Source: an uncultured virus (IMG/VR IMGVR_UViG_3300037067_013258) (taxonomy: Duplodnaviria; Heunggongvirae; Uroviricota; Caudoviricetes). Taken from it: DNA of 20,000 bases. The notes under the pieces are model-generated. The model saw only the letters and a list, made by a program, of their open reading frames with translations. It ran no database searches and was not told the DNA's origin. The stretch is taken from IMG/VR virus record IMGVR_UViG_3300037067_013258; one strand, 5' to 3'. Made by a program: the position numbers and the translations under genes. Every line of letters begins with the position of its first letter. Position 1 is the first letter of the stretch. Positions 1 through 8,452 of the stretch are shown one piece after another.

Positions 1-1
1 C

Positions 2-2293
2 CTTTGCCCTGTTGCGGTCAAGTTCTATTTTTTGTAAATCAGTTGCATTCAGGTCTTGTAATTGCTGTGTAGTTTTTTCAATGGATGCTTGCAATTTCTT
101 ATTTGAGTCAATCTCTTCAGAAGTTAAAGTAGTTCCTTCATTTATTGCTTTATTTTCTGCATTTTTAAGCTTTATAATTTCTGCTTGATCCTTAATCTTT
201 TTTATTAACTCTTTGTTGTTAAGTTTATTTAAATCAGATTCTTTAATTACACCAGCAGCTAGTTTTTCTGACAATTCAACTACAAGTCGTTCATTTGCAA
301 TTTGTTCAGCTCTTATCCTTACTTGTTTTGCAAGAGTCTCACTAATTGCCTCAACCTGTTCTATTTGTAAAGCTCCTATTGATACAGAAGCAGCCAATCC
401 ATTAATATAGTTCTGTAAACTTTTGTTTGACTCACTATATGCTATTTTTTCATTTGCTAGATTAGTATTTAAGGTTGTCACTCGATTATTTGCAGCTGTT
501 ATATAATCTTGTATGTTTTTTATTGCTTTACTTACAGCCATTGCACTCCCGTCACTTCCAGGAAGACCTATAGCTGGGGCTGTCATTCTGACACCTTTTT
601 TCTCTAAATCTTTTAAGTATTCCATCCATTTCTTATAATAATCAAGATCTTCTTTAGCCTTATTTAACTGTGATCCAAATGTTTCAATGGAGTCATTTTG
701 TTTGTTTTGTTCTTTTGTTAACTTTTCAAGTGCCTTTATATTTTTTTCAAGATTGGCAGTGGCATCCAGACTTGCAAGTTCCTTTCTATTCTGCAAAGTT
801 TTCTTTTCAGTTTCATTTAAAGTTTTTGTTTTGGTGTTCAACTCATCGTTTGCTTTCTTATATTCGTCTGTAGATGTTTTTAAAGCATCTGTATTTTCTT
901 CTAATCCTTTCTGTGCTTTCTGTAAATTTATTGTGTTGCTTATCCCCTGATTAAAAGCCCTGTATAACAAAATAGATCCAGCTGTTAATGCTGATATTGC
1001 ACCTATTGTGGCAACTATCGGGAGCATGGCAGCACCAATAGTGATACCAAGTAGAGCAGCAGCACCATTAACAACTGCAATTGATGCAGCCCCGGCAAGC
1101 AGCACCCCTATCAAAACCTTTAAAGGTGCGGGCAAATCTTTTACTTTAAATAGAAGGTCAGCAATAAAGTTATTTGCATCCTTCATACCAGGTGCAAATT
1201 CTTTTAATATTGTGTTGCCAGCTGCCTGCATAGCATTACCAACACGCTTTAAACTGAATTGCAAAGTGTCATTCTGGATAGCAGCAGCATTTGTTGCTGC
1301 ACTTGTACCGGTAACAACTTCAGTATACTTTTTGATTTCCCCTTCACCTGCTTGCAAAAGTTTTATCATGGCTGGCCCCGCACGGTCACCAAACACTTCC
1401 ATGATCTTACCACCATTACTTGCTATTGGTGATAAGTTCTTTATAATTTCTTGTAATCTGGTTACACCTTCTGTAGTGCTTTCAAGAGCCGGGTTAACCA
1501 TTTCAAAAGTAATGCCTAATGCTTTCAGTTTATCATTTGCAGGACTGGCAGCATTTGACAAATCGGCCAGCATCCCTCTTAATGCTGTCCCTGCCTGGCT
1601 GGCTTCAAAACCAGCGTTGTAAAGAATGGATAAAGTGCCGGTCACTTCTTCAATTGATATCCCAAAAGTAGCAGCAACCGGGCCAACATACCGCATAGAC
1701 GTTGCCAGCTTATCGATAGTTGCTTGCGATGCTGCACACCCGGCTGCAAATACATTTGCGACTTTGGTTGCATCCTTTGCCTCTAATCCGAACTGGCTTA
1801 TGGCAGCAGCTACAGTTTCACTGGTAAAAGCAAGGTCTGATTGTGTTGCACTTGCCAGAGCCAACACACCGTCAAGAGCATCAACCGATTGTGTGGCTGT
1901 AAACCCGGCACTTGCCAAATAGTACAAAGCATCGGCTGCTTGTTTACCGGAAAAGGCTGTTGCTTCACCGGCATCAATTGCAGCCTGTTCAAGCTTTTTC
2001 ATATCTTCTGCACTGCCTGTTGCCACTGACCGGACATTTGCAACAGACTGTTCAAACTCTGCGTAACCGGATACAAATTTTTTTATTGCCACACCAATGG
2101 CAGCAAACAAAGCAACGTGTGCTAAATTGATTTGTTGTAAATTATCACCTATTTTCTTTTTAGTGGTGTCCGATGATTTGCCTAATGCTTCACCCATTTT
2201 GTCAAAGCCGGCTTGTACCTTTTGAATATCACCATTTAAAGCATCGAGTTGAATTCTTATTTCACTGTAGATACTGCCAGCATCAACACCCAT
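2..2293 (-). CDS. Tail tape measure protein, TP901 family (3' end runs off the window; missing from the ORF track)
   Basis: ATG at 2293 directly after the TAG of the chaperone gene. Translation MGVDAGSIYSEIRIQLD...FEQSVANVRSVA...AFSGKQAADALYYLASAGF...LDGVLALASATQSDLA...KLATSMRYVGPVAATFGISIEEVTGTLSILYNAGFEASQAGTALRGML matches the TP901 tape-measure core. A hydrophobic stretch lies at ~970-1130 and the frame is open at the window edge. Confidence 0.95.
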   Translation of the reverse strand, partial: MGVDAGSIYSEIRIQLDALNGDIQKVQAGFDKMGEALGKSSDTTKKKIGDNLQQINLAHVALFAAIGVAIKKFVSGYAEFEQSVANVRSVATGSAEDMKKLEQAAIDAGEATAFSGKQAADALYYLASAGFTATQSVDALDGVLALASATQSDLAFTSETVAAAISQFGLEAKDATKVANVFAAGCAASQATIDKLATSMRYVGPVAATFGISIEEVTGTLSILYNAGFEASQAGTALRGMLADLSNAASPANDKLKALGITFEMVNPALESTTEGVTRLQEIIKNLSPIASNGGKIMEVFGDRAGPAMIKLLQAGEGEIKKYTEVVTGTSAATNAAAIQNDTLQFSLKRVGNAMQAAGNTILKEFAPGMKDANNFIADLLFKVKDLPAPLKVLIGVLLAGAASIAVVNGAAALLGITIGAAMLPIVATIGAISALTAGSILLYRAFNQGISNTINLQKAQKGLEENTDALKTSTDEYKKANDELNTKTKTLNETEKKTLQNRKELASLDATANLEKNIKALEKLTKEQNKQNDSIETFGSQLNKAKEDLDYYKKWMEYLKDLEKKGVRMTAPAIGLPGSDGSAMAVSKAIKNIQDYITAANNRVTTLNTNLANEKIAYSESNKSLQNYINGLAASVSIGALQIEQVEAISETLAKQVRIRAEQIANERLVVELSEKLAAGVIKESDLNKLNNKELIKKIKDQAEIIKLKNAENKAINEGTTLTSEEIDSNKKLQASIEKTTQQLQDLNATDLQKIELDRNRAK

Positions 2294-2294
2294 T

Positions 2295-2960
2295 CTATGC
2301 TACATCCTCATGATTTTTCCGTTTTTCATACAACAGCATAAAGGCACGCTTATCAATATCCATCTTGTTGAAATCTGTGAACATTCCAGTAATGTATTCA
2401 TGTGGTGCTTTATGCCATTTTTCAGCCAATACAGCAGCATTCAGAAGCATTTCTTCTGTTATCCTCTTAATGTCACTCCGGTTTAAATCCAGGGCATAAC
2501 AGAAGATACCGGACAAAAAGTCCTCTGGTAGTATTAGGTCAACCCATATGCGTTTTTTGTCAATTTCATCTTCTAATTGTTTACGCTGTAAATCAAAAGG
2601 CAACCCTTGGCATTTTAATCTTAACTCTTCCAGTTTCTTCTTTGTGTTAATGCACAATTCATTTGCCTGTACCATGTCCATTATCTGTCCGTATGTGGGC
2701 TGCACTAAAGACTCTTTGACAATGTTGTGCATGGTATTTGCATATTCAATAATCTCTTTGTTAGTCAATTTCTTTATCTGATTGATTCTGTCCTGCTCTG
2801 TTTGAATAAGTGAGAACTCACCACATGCCTGAATCTGTGTAGACGTAAGAAGTCTGCATTTCACCAGAGCAGGAGAACCATGATAATTTACTGCAATTAA
2901 CGGATATTGTGCAGCTTCGAGCCTGTCAATATCCGTTATAGTTTCTTTTTTGTTTCTCAT
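2295..2960 (-). CDS. Putative tail assembly chaperone
   Basis: Sits between the tail tube and tape measure genes; helical, charged 221 aa; TAATG overlap with the tail tube gene. Call is mainly from synteny. Confidence 0.65.
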   Translation of the reverse strand: MRNKKETITDIDRLEAAQYPLIAVNYHGSPALVKCRLLTSTQIQACGEFSLIQTEQDRINQIKKLTNKEIIEYANTMHNIVKESLVQPTYGQIMDMVQANELCINTKKKLEELRLKCQGLPFDLQRKQLEDEIDKKRIWVDLILPEDFLSGIFCYALDLNRSDIKRITEEMLLNAAVLAEKWHKAPHEYITGMFTDFNKMDIDKRAFMLLYEKRKNHEDVA

Positions 2961-3901
2961 TACAGGTTTGCCACATCCAGTGTTTCAAAATCAGCTTTGG
3001 AAAGCTCTTCTTCTTCTGTGTCACCATAAGCAACGCCTGCCGATGTTTTTGGAGCCATGCCGGTCAAGGTGTAAGGAACTTTCACCCATGATTTGCCCTG
3101 TGTTTCACTTCCCAGGTCAGCAACACCTTTCCAATATTTTGACCACAGATACCACAGGAAATCACTCTTTGCGTTTGCTCCCCGTGCATAGCAGCTCTGG
3201 AACGTCATCATCCAAAAATATGTTTTTGCTTCAGTGTCCAATGGAGCAACGTATACACCAAGCCCTGTAATTGGATCTACAGTGTAAGAACCGCCCTGTA
3301 AGATTCTTTTCACATACGGATCACATGCGGTGTCTGTCCAGGTGCCTTTCCATCCGAGACGTTTGGAGTCTGTGAAAATCCATGTCTTAAGTGCATTGGC
3401 ATCTTCCAATTCCAACTTTTCACCTGCCTGAATATCGGGAGAGATTTCCAGGGTTTCCGTTGTGTCAATTATGATAAACTTGCACCCTTTGCCCTGACCA
3501 ATCAAAGACAATTCAGCGGCAGCACCATATACCTGGACAAAGGTATGAGCAGCCCCGGTGCTTGTGTCTTCAATCATCAAATATCCTGTCACTGCTTCAA
3601 CAGTTGCCAAAACATCTGTGAAACCGGCAGCATTTATCAGCACTGCTAACTGTGCTGCCGTAACTGCTGTCAACACAACACCTGGAATACCACTGACATT
3701 CAAATTGAACGTCATTACAGTTTCAGTGTCAAAACGAATCGACAAAGGAACTGCTGCCGGTGTTGCATATCCTGAAAAGTCGAATGGCCCCGGCCCGCCC
3801 ACAACTCTGTCAGGCCAGGGAACAGTCAGATCATAATTTAATGGCTCTATAGCCATTAAAGGCTGTCCAAACCAGTATCTTGCATTAGTACTTCTTAACA
3901 T
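2960..3901 (-). CDS. Major tail (tube) protein with an inserted domain
   Basis: Strong SD (AAGGAG); 313 aa, Thr/Gly/Ala- and beta-rich; lies after the tail terminator and before the chaperone and tape measure. No sheath gene is present. Confidence 0.75.
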   Translation of the reverse strand: MLRSTNARYWFGQPLMAIEPLNYDLTVPWPDRVVGGPGPFDFSGYATPAAVPLSIRFDTETVMTFNLNVSGIPGVVLTAVTAAQLAVLINAAGFTDVLATVEAVTGYLMIEDTSTGAAHTFVQVYGAAAELSLIGQGKGCKFIIIDTTETLEISPDIQAGEKLELEDANALKTWIFTDSKRLGWKGTWTDTACDPYVKRILQGGSYTVDPITGLGVYVAPLDTEAKTYFWMMTFQSCYARGANAKSDFLWYLWSKYWKGVADLGSETQGKSWVKVPYTLTGMAPKTSAGVAYGDTEEEELSKADFETLDVANL

Positions 3902-3915
3902 ATCTTTTACACTCC

Positions 3916-4278
3916 TTACATATTACTAATTGCCACATTGGGCATTAAAAAAACCATTTCTTTACTTATCGTTAAATCATCACTCGTAACTACTATGTCA
4001 ACATAGTCATCTACCATCAACTTGTTTGAATTACCCCTGGATGTTATCGTTTCCCAGTTATTCAATAAATTCATTACTTCGATTTCCAGATAGTCATCAA
4101 GCCAGTCAATTTGTAAGCTCTGGAAGTGTGCAATAATTCTAAACAGTATTCCCCGGCTAACAGGATCAGGCTCTTGCTTAATCACTACATATGGTGGCTG
4201 GAATTGTAAACCAGAACCAAAATAAGTAACATTTTTTACTGTTCCAGTTTTCAACCTCTCTTCAATTTTAGTCAGCAT
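3916..4278 (-). CDS. Putative tail terminator / tail completion protein
   Basis: 120 aa with a PPYVVIK motif typical of lambda gpU / SPP1 gp17-like proteins; directly upstream of the tail tube gene. Confidence 0.6.
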   Translation of the reverse strand: MLTKIEERLKTGTVKNVTYFGSGLQFQPPYVVIKQEPDPVSRGILFRIIAHFQSLQIDWLDDYLEIEVMNLLNNWETITSRGNSNKLMVDDYVDIVVTSDDLTISKEMVFLMPNVAISNM

Positions 4279-4633
4279 ACATTTTTCTCACATCTGCTAA
4301 AAAGCGTCCTGCATAATGTTGCACAATTGGCCGTAATGATTCATGTTTTCGGTCATTTGCCAATTCCAGATAAACACCATAGTAAACACCATGTGCCAAA
4401 AACCAACCAACAGACCTCCCATCCCTGAATGCGTCAGAAAACACCCTTGCTGCCGCCTGTGCTGTTTGGTTATCCCAAAAATTACCAAAAGAATGTGGTG
4501 CCATTCTTTGCTGCATTTGAAAATTAAGCAAAGCCATTGCTGCATATTGCAAAGATATTCCATAAATCTGCGCCCGGCGTTTTTCATAAATACTCCGTAC
4601 CCGCCTTTTCACTTTTTCCACGTCTGGTTTCAT
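4268..4633 (-). CDS. HK97 gp10-like neck / tail completion protein
   Basis: WDNQTAQA...LAHGVYYGVYLELAN...LRP motif, resembling the W.DRTG...Y..YLE...LRP pattern of this family; position in the neck module. Confidence 0.75.
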   Translation of the reverse strand: MKPDVEKVKRRVRSIYEKRRAQIYGISLQYAAMALLNFQMQQRMAPHSFGNFWDNQTAQAAARVFSDAFRDGRSVGWFLAHGVYYGVYLELANDRKHESLRPIVQHYAGRFLADVRKMYAD

Positions 4634-4847
4634 CTATCAATACACTCCCTGATATGCTGTTTATAAGCATCATAGCCTCTTGCCTGGTTAACCATTCCTT
4701 ATTAAACATAATGTTGTGAATATAAGCAGCATCAATCAACACTTCTTCTTGCTGTGCAATATCTTTTTTAATCTCATCTGCTGCACTACCCGGTAAATCA
4801 AGCATATCCTTATCATCTGTTAAGTATTCATCTGTTAATCTCATCAA
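4584..4847 (-). CDS. Hypothetical acidic protein in the neck module
   Basis: 87 aa ORF with an ATGA overlap to the upstream gene; overlaps the downstream gene by 50 nt. Confidence 0.5.
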   Translation of the reverse strand: MMRLTDEYLTDDKDMLDLPGSAADEIKKDIAQQEEVLIDAAYIHNIMFNKEWLTRQEAMMLINSISGSVLIDETRRGKSEKAGTEYL

Positions 4848-5260
4848 GTGCTCCCTGTCTCATTTTCAGCAACCATAATGGGTGCCTGGTAACCTATAAT
4901 TTCACCAAAGGCAAGTAACGGATCAAGCAGTCCTATACACCACCTTTTGCCAAGGTAATCGACAATCGAATCCTCTGCATAGATTATTGTTTCCCAATCC
5001 ACCAAAAGGAACCGTGACATATTTGTCCCTAATCCTGCCGGTACAGCATCCGGCTTTAAGGGAATTCTGCTTTCGTGAGAAATTCTGCCTGTAATTGTAT
5101 GCTGCACAGCTGTACCAAAAGGGTTTTCTACCATTTGACCATGTCCATTATCAACCAATGGCAGGCGTTCAAGTATCAGAGTTTCCGGGTTTTCCAGAAT
5201 CACTTCCAACAGCCCCGCACGCTCCTGCGCAAGCATAAGTTCCCTATCCCCATTGGTCAT
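4844..5260 (-). CDS. Putative head closure / head-tail joining protein
   Basis: 138 aa beta-rich protein (LILER...DNGHGQ...D.I..LGKRW.I) resembling the SPP1 gp16 pattern; ATGA overlap with the adaptor gene. Confidence 0.6.
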   Translation of the reverse strand: MTNGDRELMLAQERAGLLEVILENPETLILERLPLVDNGHGQMVENPFGTAVQHTITGRISHESRIPLKPDAVPAGLGTNMSRFLLVDWETIIYAEDSIVDYLGKRWCIGLLDPLLAFGEIIGYQAPIMVAENETGST

Positions 5261-5754
5261 ACTTCACCCCCTGCAATTTCTGGATCATGAGTTGTGTACC
5301 ACTTCCCAGTTGTATTTAATGCAGCGGAATTATTGTTTGCTGTCAATTTCTTGTATAAGTCATTATAAAAAGCAAGCAAAGCACTCAGACTTGTATACTC
5401 TTTACTTTCAGCACCGGTTCCTGTTTTCACCAATAATCTTTTTGATGCTATCTGTGCAATAATAAGTTGTATCAACGAAGGCAGGGCAGCAGCAACACTA
5501 CCTGCACTTGTAATGTAAGCACCTATAGTTGCATCGGACAAGTACAATTCCTTTACTTTATAATCACCTGGTACAGCACCAGAGGTCTTGATAGTTGCCA
5601 TATAATATGTTGTACTCAAAACCTTATACACTGTTTGAGGTGTAGGGGTAGTAGGCAGACTCGAAGCGTCGGCAACCTGTGATATGGTAATGTACCCTGC
5701 TGGATCTGCAAGAGCTTGTCTAACCTGTGTTATTTGTGCAAATGTTACTGCCAT
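5257..5754 (-). CDS. Putative head-tail adaptor (SPP1 gp15 / HK97 gp6-like)
   Basis: N-terminal QVRQALADP, a YLSDATI motif and a G.ES.EY beta hairpin, as in connector proteins; first gene of the neck module. Confidence 0.65.
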   Translation of the reverse strand: MAVTFAQITQVRQALADPAGYITISQVADASSLPTTPTPQTVYKVLSTTYYMATIKTSGAVPGDYKVKELYLSDATIGAYITSAGSVAAALPSLIQLIIAQIASKRLLVKTGTGAESKEYTSLSALLAFYNDLYKKLTANNNSAALNTTGKWYTTHDPEIAGGEV

Positions 5755-6300
5755 TTACTCCACCCTATAGAACCAGCACCGGTTCTCACCTAATACAATT
5801 TTTTTACCAAACATTTCATCAACCGCTTTCTTTACTTCACCCTGATCTGGATGTGCATAGTCATGACCACTTATCCAGCCTCCCTTTTTCACTTTTGGCA
5901 GCCAGGCAACTATGTCATGCTTGCATCCTGCATATGAATGATCAGCATCAATGAACACCAGGTCAAGGGAGCCATCCGGGATATTCTTTGCCATTTCAGC
6001 ACTTTCACCCCGGAGAATCATGCACCGCTTTTTATACTGCCCTGCAATTGCTTTACAATTTGCATAAGTGCGGTCAAAGTAATCCTGTGCTTTTACCACA
6101 ATAGAAGCGTCACTTTTTGCATAGCTGCTTTCTACCGGAGGTTTTTGCCACCAATCAACCATATACAATATGAGCCCTGGATGTTTAATCAATAATTGCT
6201 TTGACAGTTTTCCATTATCAACACCAATTTCAGCAATTACCGGTGCTTTAATGTCCTTTACTCTTTTAAGTATTTCGTCCCACCGTTTTAATCCACTCAT
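5755..6300 (-). CDS. Class I SAM-dependent methyltransferase, Methyltransf_24-like
   Basis: Motifs AEIGVDNG, LYMVDWW, RGES, LDLVFIDADHSY, WLPKVKKGGWISGHDY and VKKAVDE. Confidence 0.9.
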   Translation of the reverse strand: MSGLKRWDEILKRVKDIKAPVIAEIGVDNGKLSKQLLIKHPGLILYMVDWWQKPPVESSYAKSDASIVVKAQDYFDRTYANCKAIAGQYKKRCMILRGESAEMAKNIPDGSLDLVFIDADHSYAGCKHDIVAWLPKVKKGGWISGHDYAHPDQGEVKKAVDEMFGKKIVLGENRCWFYRVE

Positions 6301-7766
6301 TTTCTTAAACCTACCTTTTCAATTATCGCATACTCCACTGTCTGTGGTTTTCTTCCGATACTTTTCGGCTTTGTAGCCTGTAAAAATTGATACACCTGAT
6401 ATTTGTTGTCACTCCATTGCATAATATAATCCGGTAATACTTTTCTGGTAAAATGAAAGGGGTCTGTGGGTGTTGCCTTTGATACCTCATGCTGTATAGT
6501 GTATTCTATAATTAAACGCCCTTTAGGTGACAATTGCTTAAGCCAGATTGGTATTGTTTCCATTGGATTGTATACATGGTCAAGGCAATTTGTAAAAACC
6601 ACATCCATCCTGCCTATCCAGTCAGGATTGACTTTATTAAAGTCCCATATAACTGTATGAGGGATATCCTTTAAATCAGGGCATATTTCAGTACCAAAGG
6701 CAGCACAGCCTTTAAGATATTTTCTAAACCATTTTTGCTCATCACCATTACGGGAGCCATGCACTAAAATAGTTTTTACATCGGGATTCAGACTTTTTAT
6801 CACTCCACAAAGATATTTAATATTCTCTTCCAGTTCCCATGTGGACTTTAAAGACGCTTTTTGTTTTGTGGCATTAATCTGTGCTTCCAGGTAAGCCCCA
6901 TAACCGCCTGCATAATGATAAAGATTTTCGTGCATTTCTCTTTCCTGAAGAGTAGAATTTTTAACTTTTCCAAACTTTTTGGGGTAGTTGATGATTTCTT
7001 TTTTAGTTATGCCTGCCAATGCTTCATACTTTTTCCATAACGCATAACACTTTTCCGTTTCTTTTGAAGTACGATCGTATAAACAAGCTTGTCGTAATTC
7101 TGATTTAATGTGAATGATGTACGCATCCTCATTAACCATAGGCCAGTATCCCCGGCAAAGATTGTAAATTGAACAGGGGATGTTCAACACGTGTGCTTGT
7201 TTATCGTTATGGTTTTCTTTATCAAAATAAAACCTGTCTTTAAATTCATTTATTACAGCACCAAAGGCCGCCTGATTCATGCCTGCATATTTCTTTATGT
7301 ACTTTGCATGGTAGGCATGATTTTTAAACATTTTCATATTTACATCTGCCCAAAGTTTCATGAAATCTTTTGCTTTTTGTGTGTTCTTTACAAACACCAC
7401 ACCGCCATTATAAGGCAGACTGCCAATGCTGTGTTTTGTGACAGCAACATCAAAGCTTTTATTAAATACAGACGACAGGTCTTTTAAAACAAGCATGTCA
7501 CAATCCATAAATACAATATAATCATTTGGGTGCTGCTCCATAACATTTACCCAATCATTTATTTTAACAGTGTTCGATATCATGCATCTTTTTGGGGTGC
7601 CGTGTGTATCGGGTGCAGGACGTTTATTCAGTATCACCTTTGCATTAGGATTGTTTGCTTTTGCACTACATTCCCATACCTGAGAAAGTACTGCATAAGC
7701 ATTTGATTCTCTAAAATCAAAAACATCTGCAAATAAAATAACTTCTGGTTTCTTTTCTTCAGCCAT
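6297..7766 (-). CDS. Glycosyltransferase (GT-A, DxD; GT34/GT77/GT8-like) fused to a C-terminal class I SAM methyltransferase-like domain
   Basis: N-half: IVFMDCDMLV (DxD), FDVAVT, YNGGVVFVKNT, GMNQAAF, IPCSIYN, IIHIKS. C-half: ILVHGSRNG.E, FGTEI, DVVFTNCLDHVYNP, WLKQLSPKGRLIIE. Likely start is ATG 7766 (TAATG overlap, AAAGGA SD) rather than 7775. No transmembrane segment seen. Confidence 0.8.
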   Translation of the reverse strand: MAEEKKPEVILFADVFDFRESNAYAVLSQVWECSAKANNPNAKVILNKRPAPDTHGTPKRCMISNTVKINDWVNVMEQHPNDYIVFMDCDMLVLKDLSSVFNKSFDVAVTKHSIGSLPYNGGVVFVKNTQKAKDFMKLWADVNMKMFKNHAYHAKYIKKYAGMNQAAFGAVINEFKDRFYFDKENHNDKQAHVLNIPCSIYNLCRGYWPMVNEDAYIIHIKSELRQACLYDRTSKETEKCYALWKKYEALAGITKKEIINYPKKFGKVKNSTLQEREMHENLYHYAGGYGAYLEAQINATKQKASLKSTWELEENIKYLCGVIKSLNPDVKTILVHGSRNGDEQKWFRKYLKGCAAFGTEICPDLKDIPHTVIWDFNKVNPDWIGRMDVVFTNCLDHVYNPMETIPIWLKQLSPKGRLIIEYTIQHEVSKATPTDPFHFTRKVLPDYIMQWSDNKYQVYQFLQATKPKSIGRKPQTVEYAIIEKVGLRK

Positions 7767-8452
7767 TACACACATCCTTTGAAATCATAATAATACTGTT
7801 CACCTTCGATAAAATTTATCTTGCCGCCAAGGTAACGAAAAATAGCGGTGCGTGAATGTTTGGGATGTTCAATAAATTCAAATACCTTTTTATTTGCATT
7901 CATCAAATCCCTTTGATACACCCTGGATTTATAATCATGAAAATCTTCATAAAAATAAAAATCCATAAAAAAAATTTTAGTCAATCCTGGTATAAAATAG
8001 GGTTGAAACATTTTAAGGATACAGTCTGTTATGCCTTTATCAATCCCGATATCGTCAATCAATAATTGTACAGGTTCCCAAATATATGCAAAATCCTTTA
8101 TGTTCTTTTTAAAATAAACAATATTTGCACCCGCATCCATAAAAGGCTGTAGGTTTTTTACAAAAGACGCCTGCAAATCTGTTGTTTCAACGTGTCTGCT
8201 TTTCAACCAAACCCTGTATTTTTCTTCGATTTCCCATTTATCAATGGCATATATCCTTGATGCTTTATTTCCAGCATCAATCAAGCCACGTGATAAAAAA
8301 GCAGTGGTGGAACCAAGGAAAGGAGCAATGTCTACTATGGCATTTCCTTGTTTAACTTCTTTAGCAGCGTTAAAAAGAAAACCCTTTATCTTACGCCCAC
8401 CGTTTCCCATTTCTGGTATTTTGTTTGCAAGTATTTTTATGTCTTCCATCAT
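7766..8452 (-). CDS. Class I SAM methyltransferase-like protein (paralog of 8453..9097)
   Basis: IVDIAPFLGSTT (variant motif I), IYAIDKW, LLIDD, FQPYFIPG and QRDLMNANK align with the upstream gene. Confidence 0.75.
   Translation of the reverse strand: MMEDIKILANKIPEMGNGGRKIKGFLFNAAKEVKQGNAIVDIAPFLGSTTAFLSRGLIDAGNKASRIYAIDKWEIEEKYRVWLKSRHVETTDLQASFVKNLQPFMDAGANIVYFKKNIKDFAYIWEPVQLLIDDIGIDKGITDCILKMFQPYFIPGLTKIFFMDFYFYEDFHDYKSRVYQRDLMNANKKVFEFIEHPKHSRTAIFRYLGGKINFIEGEQYYYDFKGCV

Noticed and set aside
213..2130. Plus-strand ORFs (e.g. 1008..1622, 204 aa) and the short minus-strand ORF 1810..1992
   Set aside because: They are antisense or off-frame shadows of the Ala-rich tape measure gene, which occupies 2..2293.
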